The translations under genes and the position numbers were made by a program. Positions 17,112 through 25,609 of a stretch of DNA of 64,000 nt are shown piece after piece; within the stretch, counting starts at the first letter, position 1; each line of letters starts with the position of its first letter. The stretch lies in assembly GCA_016207245.1 (NCBI GenBank), contig JACQQA010000012.1, positions 5,722 through 69,721 on the forward strand, read 5' to 3'. Below the pieces are notes generated by a model that worked only from the letters and a program-made list of their open reading frames with translations, was not told the DNA's origin and searched no databases. This DNA comes from Candidatus Magasanikiibacteriota bacterium (GTDB lineage Bacteria > Patescibacteriota > Patescibacteriia > Magasanikbacterales > UBA922).

Positions 17112-19667
17112 TTATACCACACTTTTCACAATAGTGGTACGCGTCTCCGCCCCAAACTTCTTCTTCAACACTTCTCCAACTCTCACATGCGCCGCGTCAA
17201 CTTCCGCGGATTCGAGTGTCTTGCTGTCTGAACGATAAGTAATGTGATACGCCAGACTCTTTTTACCGGCCGGTAAATTCTTGCCCTCGTAAACGTCAAA
17301 TATTTCCACGCTAGCAATCAGCCGGTCAACTTTTTTAAGCTCAAAAATAATTCGCGCGTGTTCAACTTTTTTATCAACCACAAAAGCAATGTCGCGAATT
17401 ACTTCCGGATAAACCGGCAATGGTTGATAGCGCAAAGAATTTTTTAAAACCAACAATAATTTTTCTAAATCCACTTCCGCCACTACCACTCGCTCGTTAA
17501 TTCCCAAACGCTCGGAAAATGACGGGCTGATCTCGGTAATCGCACCCACGCCTTCGCCATTTACTAAAATTTGCGCCTGCCTGCCCCTGTGGATAACTTT
17601 TCCGAGTTCATGGATTGCCGGCTTTAAAACCACGACACAACCAAGACGATCCAACACACCTGTCAAAGCCGCGGAAAGCTCATAAAATGGCGTTAAAACG
17701 CCTTTACCGGCAAAAACCAGACCCAAATACAGCGGCTGGCCGGGCAATAATTCATCGCTGTTTCCGGAAACCCGCAAACCGGCGACCTCGGAATTAAACA
17801 CTCTGCCGATCTCAAACATTCTTACCGCGTCAAAACGATGCAAATTCACTTCCGCGTTTTCCAACAGGCCGGGCCACAAACTGCGGCGCAAAAACGGACG
17901 ATCTTTAGCCACCGGATTGTCCAACTCTATTAAATCAGCGGGGTCAATTCCCAATCTCTCCAATAATTGTGGCGATACGAAAGAATAGTTATACACTTCG
18001 CTGAAACTAAATTCCAGCGCCAAAATTTCTTTTATTCTTCTTTCTAAACTTCTCAACTCGTTTTTAGGCGGAGGAACAATTGGAAACTTTGGCAATGATG
18101 TTGGAATATTGCCATAACCGTAAATCCGCGCCACTTCTTCCACCAAATCTTCGGCAATGGAAATATCTTTTGTCGCGCGCCAGGTTGGAATTTTAACCAA
18201 CAAAACATCTTTTTTTTCTTTAACTTCAAAATCAAGATCGGATAAAATTTTAACCGCCTGTTTCTTTTCTATTTCCAAACCGATTTTTTTAGATAAAAAC
18301 TCCAGCGGCAATTCAATCGGGCCTTGCTGTAAATGAAAATCTTTCACGTCAATAATTTTACTGGCGATTTTCGCGCCCGGGCACAATTCCAATGTCAATT
18401 CCAGCGCTTTTCGCAAAGCCAGTTCGCAATTGTTCGGGTCCAAACTCTTTTCAAACCGCGCCGAGCTGTCAGTGCGCAAACCAAGTTTGACGGAAGTCCG
18501 GCGCACATTCGCGGCATTAAAATTCGCTGATTCATAAATTACAGCAGTCGTCTCATCTTCAACTCCGCTTTCCCGCCCGCCCATCACCCCGGCCAACGCT
18601 ATCGCCTTATCATTTGAACTAATCACCAAATTCTCCGGTGTCAACTCAAACTCTTTCCCGTCCAAACTAACAAACCTCTCTCCCCCTTCCGCCCTTCGTA
18701 CAACAATCGTGATTTTTGATTTTTGATTTTTGATTTTTGATTTATCAAATGCGTGCATCGGCTGTCCCAAATCCAACATTACATAATTGGTGATATCCAC
18801 AATATTATTTATCGGCCGCAGACCGACTGCCAGCAATTTTTTTTGCAGCCAATCCGGCGACGGCGCGACTTTAATCCCCTCAATCGCCACCGCCATATAG
18901 CGAGGACATAATTTTTTATCCTCAACTCGTACGGACAGGTCGCGACCTGTCCCTATCTTGCAATCTTTAATTTTATAATTCACTAATTTTTTATTAAACA
19001 ACGCTCCCACTTCTCTCGCCATTCCATAATGTCCCCACAAATCCGGCCGATTGGACAAACTTTTGTTGTCAATTTCAAAAATAATGTCATCCAATCCGAG
19101 GACTGCGGACAACGCCTGCCCGCCGATGAGGTGGGGACTACCGACGATTTTGTCATTCCCGTGTAAACGGGAATCCATCGCGTTCGATTTCTGGATCCCC
19201 GCCTCCGCGGGGACGACAAATGAGAGGTCTAGAATCTCTTTCTCGTCTTTTAAGGGAAACCTGTCTCCCAATCCAATCTCGGTTGACGCGCAAATCATGC
19301 CGAATGATTCCACGCCGCGGATTTTCGCTTTTGCCAATTCAACCAATTCGCCTTCGCCGTGCCAGCGCACTTTCGCGCCAATTCTGCCAAACGCGACTTT
19401 CATCCCCTCTTTCACATTTGAGCCGCCGCAAACCACTTGCCAATCTTGCGCGCCGTCATTAACTATACAAACTTTTAACTTATCCGCGTCAGGATGTTTA
19501 ACAACTTTTTTTACCAAACCAACAACAATGTTATCCAAATCTTTTCCTTGCTTAACAATTTTTTCCACCTCCACCGTGCTCATTGTCAATTTCAACGCCA
19601 ACTCTTCCGGAGTGAGAGAGTTTGGCAGATCAATGTATTGTTTGAGCCAGTTAAAACTTATTAACAT
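17112..19667 (-). CDS. pheT: Phenylalanine--tRNA ligase beta subunit
   Basis: 851 aa; N-terminus MLISFNWLKQYIDL and a B3/B4 region (DDIIFEIDNKSLSNRPDLWGHYG). Contains apparent in-frame repeat-element insertions at 19152-19217, 18950-18969 and 18711-18745. Confidence 0.9.
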   Translation of the reverse strand: MLISFNWLKQYIDLPNSLTPEELALKLTMSTVEVEKIVKQGKDLDNIVVGLVKKVVKHPDADKLKVCIVNDGAQDWQVVCGGSNVKEGMKVAFGRIGAKVRWHGEGELVELAKAKIRGVESFGMICASTEIGLGDRFPLKDEKEILDLSFVVPAEAGIQKSNAMDSRLHGNDKIVGSPHLIGGQALSAVLGLDDIIFEIDNKSLSNRPDLWGHYGMAREVGALFNKKLVNYKIKDCKIGTGRDLSVRVEDKKLCPRYMAVAIEGIKVAPSPDWLQKKLLAVGLRPINNIVDITNYVMLDLGQPMHAFDKSKIKNQKSKITIVVRRAEGGERFVSLDGKEFELTPENLVISSNDKAIALAGVMGGRESGVEDETTAVIYESANFNAANVRRTSVKLGLRTDSSARFEKSLDPNNCELALRKALELTLELCPGAKIASKIIDVKDFHLQQGPIELPLEFLSKKIGLEIEKKQAVKILSDLDFEVKEKKDVLLVKIPTWRATKDISIAEDLVEEVARIYGYGNIPTSLPKFPIVPPPKNELRSLERRIKEILALEFSFSEVYNYSFVSPQLLERLGIDPADLIELDNPVAKDRPFLRRSLWPGLLENAEVNLHRFDAVRMFEIGRVFNSEVAGLRVSGNSDELLPGQPLYLGLVFAGKGVLTPFYELSAALTGVLDRLGCVVVLKPAIHELGKVIHRGRQAQILVNGEGVGAITEISPSFSERLGINERVVVAEVDLEKLLLVLKNSLRYQPLPVYPEVIRDIAFVVDKKVEHARIIFELKKVDRLIASVEIFDVYEGKNLPAGKKSLAYHITYRSDSKTLESAEVDAAHVRVGEVLKKKFGAETRTTIVKSVV

Positions 19668-19668
19668 A

Positions 19669-20733
19669 TCAGAATTGTTTTAAAAAACGCAGATCCCCGC
19701 CCTGTAAATGTCTAATATCATCAATACAATACCTTTGCATCACCAAACGAGTCATGCCTAAGCCAAAAGCGAAACCCGTCCATTCTTTCGGATCCAAACC
19801 GCCGTATGCCAAAACTTTCGGATGCACCAGACCGCACGGCATTGTCTCAATCCAGCCTGAATGTTTGCACGCCCCACAGCCAACACCGCCGCAGATCAAA
19901 CATTTTATATCCAATTCAAAACCGGGTTCAACAAATTGAAAATGCCCGGGACGCAAACGCGTCTCAACATCGCGCTTAAACACTCCTCGCAATAATTCCT
20001 TCATCACGCCGATTAGGTGAGAGACAGAAATATTTTTATCCACAACCAAACCTTCCAATTGACAAAAAGTGTGCTCATGCGCCGCGTCAGTCGCTTCGTT
20101 GCGGAAACAACGCCCAGGCACCACCATCCGAATTGGCGCGCCATACTTCTCCAAAGCGCGCACCTGCATAGACGATGTTTGGGTGCGCATTACCCAATCA
20201 GAATGGCTTTTGATATAAAAAGTGTCTTGGGTATCGCGAGCCGGATCGTCAGATGGCATATTAAGCGTGGTAAAATTATAATACTCGCTCTCCAACTCCG
20301 GCCCATCCAGCACCATAAAACCCATGGAAGTAAATAAATCTTCCAAATTATTCTGAACTAAAGTGTTGGGATGCAAATGTCCGGCCTCTTTTGCCGGTAA
20401 CTTTGGCTGAGTAACGTCAATAGTTTCTTTTTCTAAAATATCTCCCATTTCCGACATTTTAATTTCCTCTTTTTTCTTCGCGAACACTTCTTCCAGTTCA
20501 TGTTTAACTTCATTTGCTAATTTGCCAAACTCCTGCCGCGCTTCAACAGAAAGGTCTTTCAAATTTTTCATCGCCTGCGTCAGCTCGCCGGAACGGCGGG
20601 AAAAAAATCTTTGTTCCAATTCTTCCAACTGCAAGACATTCTTAATCTCCACCAAACTCTTCAAAAAATCCTTTTTAATTTTTTCTAATTGTTCCTTCAT
20701 AAATAAAGATACTAATGCTTTTTTATTTGTCAT
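19669..20733 (-). CDS. pheS: Phenylalanine--tRNA ligase alpha subunit
   Basis: Class II motifs FRNEATDAAHEHTFCQLEG and GFAFGLGMTRL. The tracked start at 20733 lies inside a tandem repeat element; the ATG at 20698-20700 (MKEQLEKIKKDF...) is the more likely start. Confidence 0.9.
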   Translation of the reverse strand: MTNKKALVSLFMKEQLEKIKKDFLKSLVEIKNVLQLEELEQRFFSRRSGELTQAMKNLKDLSVEARQEFGKLANEVKHELEEVFAKKKEEIKMSEMGDILEKETIDVTQPKLPAKEAGHLHPNTLVQNNLEDLFTSMGFMVLDGPELESEYYNFTTLNMPSDDPARDTQDTFYIKSHSDWVMRTQTSSMQVRALEKYGAPIRMVVPGRCFRNEATDAAHEHTFCQLEGLVVDKNISVSHLIGVMKELLRGVFKRDVETRLRPGHFQFVEPGFELDIKCLICGGVGCGACKHSGWIETMPCGLVHPKVLAYGGLDPKEWTGFAFGLGMTRLVMQRYCIDDIRHLQGGDLRFLKQF

Positions 20734-20798
20734 TCCCGCGAAAGCGGGAACCCAGAAATCGCGTTGTCATTCCCGCGAAAGCGGGAACCCAGAAATCG
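20729..20798. repeat. Tandem direct repeat (2 x ~37 bp) of hairpin unit GTCATTCCCGCGAAAGCGGGAACCCAGAAATCGCGTT
   Basis: Two near-identical units, each a GTCAT-led hairpin (TCCCGC-GAAA-GCGGGA). Member of the GTCAT...ATGAC hairpin element family. Confidence 0.8.
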
Positions 20799-20813
20799 TA
20801 AAAATCGCTCTCG

Positions 20814-21110
20814 TCAAATCATCTCCTCCCACAAATCATGCCAATTCAAGTTAAAATTTTCTATTAATTTTATTTTCCAAGCACGGTTCCATTTTTTTAA
20901 TTGTTTTTCTCTTTTGATCGCTTCTTTTATATCATCAAAAACTTCATAATAAACCAGATTGTGAACTTTGTATTTTTGAGTAAAACCGCGTACTATATTG
21001 TTTTTGTGTTCATACACTCTGCGTTGTAAGTCGTTGGTGACGCCGATGTATAATGTGCCGTTTCTTTGGCTGGCCATGATATATACGCAGTAATGCCGCT
21101 CCTTGAACAT
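20814..21110 (-). CDS. GIY-YIG nuclease superfamily protein (UPF0213-like)
   Basis: YCVYIMASQRNGTLYIGVTNDLQRRVYEH contains the GIY...YIG motif; 98 aa. Confidence 0.75.
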   Translation of the reverse strand: MFKERHYCVYIMASQRNGTLYIGVTNDLQRRVYEHKNNIVRGFTQKYKVHNLVYYEVFDDIKEAIKREKQLKKWNRAWKIKLIENFNLNWHDLWEEMI

Positions 21111-21130
21111 ACGATTGTGCGATTTTTTTC

Positions 21131-21162
21131 GATTTTTGGATCCCCTTTTTCAAGGGGATGAC
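21131..21162. repeat. Half-copy of the hairpin element (GATTTTTGGATCCCCTTTTTCAAGGGGATGAC)
   Basis: Reverse complement of the first half of the 29690-29755 element; ends in ATGAC. Confidence 0.7.
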
Positions 21163-21192
21163 AAGCCGCTTACTACAGTATATTTAGTATTA

Positions 21193-22335
21193 TTATTTTA
21201 TCAATCCCCATACATCTCTCCCCGTCACCACGACAATCAAAATCATAAGTAAGACAAAACCAATGGTGTGGGCGAGTTGTTCATATTTCATCGGCAAAGG
21301 CCGGCGGATTATTTTTTCAATTAAAATAAACAAAATGCGGCCGCCGTCCAGAGCCGGAATCGGCAGAATATTGATGGCGGCAAGAGATAGCGAAATCATC
21401 GCCGTCACATTGATTAAATAGCTAATACCCAACCGCGCGCTTTGGCCGACCATTACCGCGATTCCCACCGGACCGGAAACATCAAACATCAAACCCTGAC
21501 CCAAAATTAAATTTTTAATCAACAAATAAAAAGCGATAAAAATATTTATTAACCCGATACCCGCCGCAAAAAAACCTTTATACATGGCGATATACCATGG
21601 GTAGCGCACAATGCCAGCATCAGCGAGCATTACCCCAAAACGCGGACTGCCATCTCCGGGTTTTATCAAGCGCGGCGTCATTTTTAATTCCATCTTTTGC
21701 CCGCTTCTTTCAACCAACAACAACATTTCTTTGGCAAAATTCGCCTGCACATAACCAACCATGCTTTCCGAACTTTTAATTTCCTGCCCGTCTATTTTTA
21801 AAATCCGATCGCCGAATTTAATGCCAGCCTCTTCCGCGGGCGAGGCTTTATCCACTGCCTGCACCATTACCTGCGCCGGTTCAACTATTATCGCGTATTT
21901 CCCCGGATCAACCGACAGGTCAGTCGGCAAACCGATCATAAAACCAACAGACAAAAGCGCGCCGGCCAAAATCACATTCATGGTCACGCCGGCGGCTAAA
22001 ACCACGGCCCGTTTCCAAGCTTTTTGAAAACCAAAACTGTCAGGCTCATTCGCTTGCCCGCCGTCTTCGCCTTTGATACGAACAAACCCGCCCAGTGGCA
22101 ATAAGTTTAAAGAATATATAGTAGCCGGAATTTCTTCCTCATCTTTTTTCTTTCTAAATTTCCAAACCAACTTTTTTGTCGCTTGATCGCGATAGACACC
22201 CAACACTCGCGGCGGAAAACCAAAACCAAACTCAAAAACCCTCATTCCCGACTTGCGGGCAGTGATGAAATGGCCAAACTCATGTGCTAAAACAAGGAGG
22301 CCGAGAATTAATATGAAGATAATGATAGTTACCAT
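21193..22335 (-). CDS. rseP: RIP metalloprotease RseP (site-2 protease, M50 family, with PDZ domain)
   Basis: HEFGHF zinc motif inside the first TM helix; 380 aa with multiple TM segments and a central PDZ-like region. Confidence 0.85.
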   Translation of the reverse strand: MVTIIIFILILGLLVLAHEFGHFITARKSGMRVFEFGFGFPPRVLGVYRDQATKKLVWKFRKKKDEEEIPATIYSLNLLPLGGFVRIKGEDGGQANEPDSFGFQKAWKRAVVLAAGVTMNVILAGALLSVGFMIGLPTDLSVDPGKYAIIVEPAQVMVQAVDKASPAEEAGIKFGDRILKIDGQEIKSSESMVGYVQANFAKEMLLLVERSGQKMELKMTPRLIKPGDGSPRFGVMLADAGIVRYPWYIAMYKGFFAAGIGLINIFIAFYLLIKNLILGQGLMFDVSGPVGIAVMVGQSARLGISYLINVTAMISLSLAAINILPIPALDGGRILFILIEKIIRRPLPMKYEQLAHTIGFVLLMILIVVVTGRDVWGLIK

Positions 22336-22466
22336 AGTATATTGCGTCCAGATAGAATAGTTGGTATAATTATCTCACAATAACACATCTTATTCAATAG
22401 GCCAAACAAAGCTCGCAAAGCCTTTTAAGCTTTTCAAGCCTTTTGAGCCTTTTAAGCCTCTAAAAT

Positions 22467-23030
22467 ATGGCACTCGGATACATCATCCTCATCGTCGTAG
22501 CCGTGCTGGTGATTTGGGTAATCACCCTCTACAACGGTCTCATCCGCCTGCGCAACCGTGTCAAGGAAGCGTGGAGCGACATTGACGTGCAATTAAAACG
22601 CCGCCATGATTTAATCCCGAATTTAATCAACAGCGTCAAGGGATACATGCAACACGAACGAGGATTGCTGGAGGATATCACAAAAGCCCGTTCGCAAGCT
22701 ATGTCAGCGCAAACCGCTGGCAATACGGTCGAATTAGCCAAAGCCGAAAGCATGCTCGGCGGCATGTTGGGCAAACTGCAAATTGCGGTGGAAGCTTATC
22801 CGGATTTGAAAGCCAACCAGAATGTCGGCCAGCTGATGGACGAACTTTCCGACACGGAAAACAAAATTCAAGCCGCCCGCAGATTCTACAATGGCATGGT
22901 GCGCGACTTTAACACCAAAATTGAAGTCTTTCCAAACAGCTTCTTTGCCAATATGTTAAAATTCACCAAGTACGAATTCTTTGAGATAGAAGACGCGAAA
23001 GAGAGGGAGAATGTGGAAGTGAAGTTGTAA
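22467..23030 (+). CDS. lemA: LemA family membrane protein
   Basis: N-terminal TM helix followed by LYNGLIRLRNRVKEAWSDIDVQLKRRHDLIPNLI, typical of LemA; 187 aa. Confidence 0.8.
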   Translation: MALGYIILIVVAVLVIWVITLYNGLIRLRNRVKEAWSDIDVQLKRRHDLIPNLINSVKGYMQHERGLLEDITKARSQAMSAQTAGNTVELAKAESMLGGMLGKLQIAVEAYPDLKANQNVGQLMDELSDTENKIQAARRFYNGMVRDFNTKIEVFPNSFFANMLKFTKYEFFEIEDAKERENVEVKL

Positions 23031-23031
23031 T

Positions 23032-23919
23032 ATGTATAGCCAGATTGACTCTAACAAACGCAAGACTGTTTTGTTAGTCGCCATTTTTCTGGTCTTCATC
23101 ATCGCCCTTGGCTGGTTTATCGGCGTGTATTTGAATTATGGCTATGGTATTTTAGTGTTCGCGGTTGTATTTTCTGTCTTGACATCGTTGACGAGCTATT
23201 ACAAAGGCGACAGTATCGCGCTGTCTTCAACCAAAGCGCAAGCAATAAAAAAAGAAGATAATCCATATGTTTACCGGATGGTGGAAAATCTTTGTATCAC
23301 CGCCGGCGCGCCGACGCCGAAAGTATATATTATTGACTCCCCCGCTTTAAACGCCTTTGCGACAGGCCGAGACCCGCAACACGCTTCCATCGCGCTGACC
23401 ACTGGAATTATCAGCGCTTTGGAAAATGAAGAACTGGAAGGCGTTATCGCGCACGAATTATCGCATATTAAAAATTACGATATTCGTCTAATGACAATCG
23501 TCGTGGTGCTGGTCGGAATGATCGCGTTGATTTCCAATTTTTTCTTCCGCGCCAGATTGTTTGGCGGCAAACGCGATTCTGACAATCGCGGCGGAGGTGG
23601 ACAGCTGGGTGGAATAATTATGATAATCGGTTTAGTCTTATTAATCTTGTCGCCGATAATCGCCGAGTTGATAAAACTCGCCATTTCCCGCAAACGCGAA
23701 TATTTGGCCGACGCTTCTGGCGCGCTATTAACCCGTTATCCGGAAGGTCTTGCGCGCGCGCTGGAAAAAATATCGCAGTCAAAAATTCCGCTCGCGACCG
23801 CTTCCTCGGCCACCGCGCATCTTTTTATTTCCAACCCGCTTAAATCCGGAACTTTTTCTAATTTATTTTCCACCCATCCGCCGATAGAAGAGCGGGTTAA
23901 GAGGTTGAGAGAAACATAA
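23032..23919 (+). CDS. htpX: Zinc metalloprotease HtpX (M48 family)
   Basis: HELSHI (HExxH) motif and multiple TM helices. The adjacent LemA-HtpX pairing is common. Confidence 0.85.
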   Translation: MYSQIDSNKRKTVLLVAIFLVFIIALGWFIGVYLNYGYGILVFAVVFSVLTSLTSYYKGDSIALSSTKAQAIKKEDNPYVYRMVENLCITAGAPTPKVYIIDSPALNAFATGRDPQHASIALTTGIISALENEELEGVIAHELSHIKNYDIRLMTIVVVLVGMIALISNFFFRARLFGGKRDSDNRGGGGQLGGIIMIIGLVLLILSPIIAELIKLAISRKREYLADASGALLTRYPEGLARALEKISQSKIPLATASSATAHLFISNPLKSGTFSNLFSTHPPIEERVKRLRET

Positions 23920-23972
23920 AGATTGAATTGTTAAATTGTAAGAATCGACAGCGTTATTTATACTTCTTAAAG

Positions 23973-24067
23973 TCATTGCGAGCCTTCGCAGGCGAAGCAA
24001 TCCACACCGTTATCGCGTTCCCGTGCGATTGCTGGATTGCTTCGTCGCGCGAGCTCCTCGCAATGAC
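23973..24067. repeat. MITE-like element with terminal inverted repeats GTCATTGCGAG...CTCGCAATGAC (~95 bp)
   Basis: GTCATTGCGAGCCTTCGCAGGCGAAGCAATCCA ... GCTGGATTGCTTCGTCGCGCGAGCTCCTCGCAATGAC. Both halves are themselves hairpins. Related copies lie at 36880-36924 and 47103-47191. Confidence 0.8.
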
Positions 24068-24160
24068 TGTTTTGCCACATAAAGCTCGTAAAAGTATAAA
24101 CAACGCGACTAATTCTTACAGCTAAATTGTTAAAAAAAATCCTTCAAAAAGGATTGATTT

Positions 24161-24195
24161 GTCCCGCCTCTTGAGAGAGGCGGGACTTTTGGTAG
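24161..24195 (+). terminator. Hairpin GTCCCGCCTCTtgagaGAGGCGGGAC followed by a T-run
   Basis: Perfect 11-bp stem plus TTTTGG; sits in the region downstream of htpX. Confidence 0.5.
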
Positions 24196-24244
24196 GACAG
24201 GGCTTGCCCGCCGCCTGCCTGCCGACGAGGCAGGATGAGGAGGG

Positions 24245-24955
24245 CTATGCTGCCTGTTTGAGAGTGAAGTTGTTGGCTGGTTCGGTTCCGAGCAGAAAAA
24301 AACTCACCAATTCGCCCCTTGCGATTTCATCCCAGGATAATAGATAAATTTTATAACCGAACCACCGGTCATAACTGATCAACGCTCTCTTGCTGTTGGG
24401 AAAAAATTCGGTTGACACCCAGCGGTCATAAGGAAGGGCAGACCGGCCCGTGAGACGGTGGTAGCGCAGCAAAAGCAAATACAGGACCAGAACGCGTCCG
24501 CGAGACACCGAATGACTGTCCGGCAGACCCCATTCTTCTTTCAGGACAGATGGGCCACAATCAGTCCGCTCGCTGAAAATCTCCAAAGGGGACCAGAAAA
24601 CGATCGTGGGTTGACTGGGCCAGATGCCGTCGGTCTGCTGACCGAAGATCTTCCGCAGTACCATCGCGTGGCCGAATTCAGCGACGAGCTCCGCGAACGT
24701 CACATTGCCTCGAAAGTACCACGCTATCGGTCCGTGGTAGTTTTTCACCAAGGCAGCTTCACGCCTGATGGTGACGATCGGCTGGAGGTGTTCCGGCACC
24801 TGACTGTCCTCCAGCGGCGTGATGATGTCATCGCCGCCCCTCTTCGCCGGCACGCAGATCCAATCAATGATGTCAAGCGCCAGCGCCGCAATCGTTCCCA
24901 GGACGAATATAGCTAACAGCCACACAGCGCGAACCAGATCCCGCAACTTATTCAT
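24245..24955 (-). CDS. Hypothetical membrane-anchored protein (GC-rich islet)
   Basis: 236-aa ORF with an N-terminal TM helix (LLAIFVLGTIAALALDII). Local GC is clearly higher than the surrounding sequence. No recognisable motif. Confidence 0.45.
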   Translation of the reverse strand: MNKLRDLVRAVWLLAIFVLGTIAALALDIIDWICVPAKRGGDDIITPLEDSQVPEHLQPIVTIRREAALVKNYHGPIAWYFRGNVTFAELVAEFGHAMVLRKIFGQQTDGIWPSQPTIVFWSPLEIFSERTDCGPSVLKEEWGLPDSHSVSRGRVLVLYLLLLRYHRLTGRSALPYDRWVSTEFFPNSKRALISYDRWFGYKIYLLSWDEIARGELVSFFLLGTEPANNFTLKQAA

Positions 24956-25042
24956 CTCTCTCCTCCTTATTAAAAAAGAACAACCCGGCCGAACTTCGGC
25001 ACGATGATTGATATGGTATAATGAACGCTAAACGGTGTCAAT

Positions 25043-25603
25043 ATGATAATTATAAAACAAAAATTACACCACCGAAAAAATAATCGCCTGCGTGGCTACG
25101 ATTATTCATCGAACGGTTTGTATTTCATAACAATTTGCGTCAAACACCGATTAAAACACCTCGGCGGTGTTTGGAACGCAAAAATGTGCGTCAATCGATT
25201 CGGTTCAATCGTTTTGCAACAATGGAATTGGTTGGCCGAACAATATCCGTATATTATATTGCACGAATTCGTCGTCATGCCAAATCACGTACACGGTATT
25301 GTGCAAATTGATTCATCATTGTTATCGTGTAGGGACAGGTCGCGACCTGTCCCTACACCGAATGCCGACACCACAATCAACCATATAACAAATAAAAAAA
25401 CGAAAATAAAACCATTGTCCGAAATCGTCGGCGCGTTCAAAACCACATCATCAAAATCAATCCATCGGAATGGTTTCCCACAATTCCAATGGCAACGATC
25501 ATTTTACGACCATATTATCCTTGACGAAAAATCATATTTTGCCATCACCAATTATATAAAACAAAATCCCGTCATTTGGTGGCGGGATAGAAATAATTTG
25601 TGA
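25043..25603 (+). CDS. REP-associated tyrosine transposase (RAYT)-like / IS200-IS605 TnpA-family HuH Y1 transposase
   Basis: GYDYSSNGLYFITICVKHR (N-terminal RAYT-like block), HuH motif VMPNHVHGIV and catalytic Tyr block YFAITNYIKQNPV. A 28-bp perfect palindrome (25329-25356) sits between the HuH and Tyr motifs. Confidence 0.7.
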   Translation: MIIIKQKLHHRKNNRLRGYDYSSNGLYFITICVKHRLKHLGGVWNAKMCVNRFGSIVLQQWNWLAEQYPYIILHEFVVMPNHVHGIVQIDSSLLSCRDRSRPVPTPNADTTINHITNKKTKIKPLSEIVGAFKTTSSKSIHRNGFPQFQWQRSFYDHIILDEKSYFAITNYIKQNPVIWWRDRNNL

Positions 25604-25609
25604 TTTCAT

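Noticed and set aside
20729-20798. Possible CRISPR array (direct repeats)
   Set aside because: There are only two tandem units with no unique spacers, and the same unit is dispersed singly elsewhere. No cas genes are in the window.
20522-20854. 110-aa ORF containing FVIPAKAGTQKSRCHSRESGNPEIV
   Set aside because: It reads across the tandem GTCATTCCCGCGAAAGCGGGAA repeats and antisense to pheS. It is a typical spurious repeat-derived ORF.
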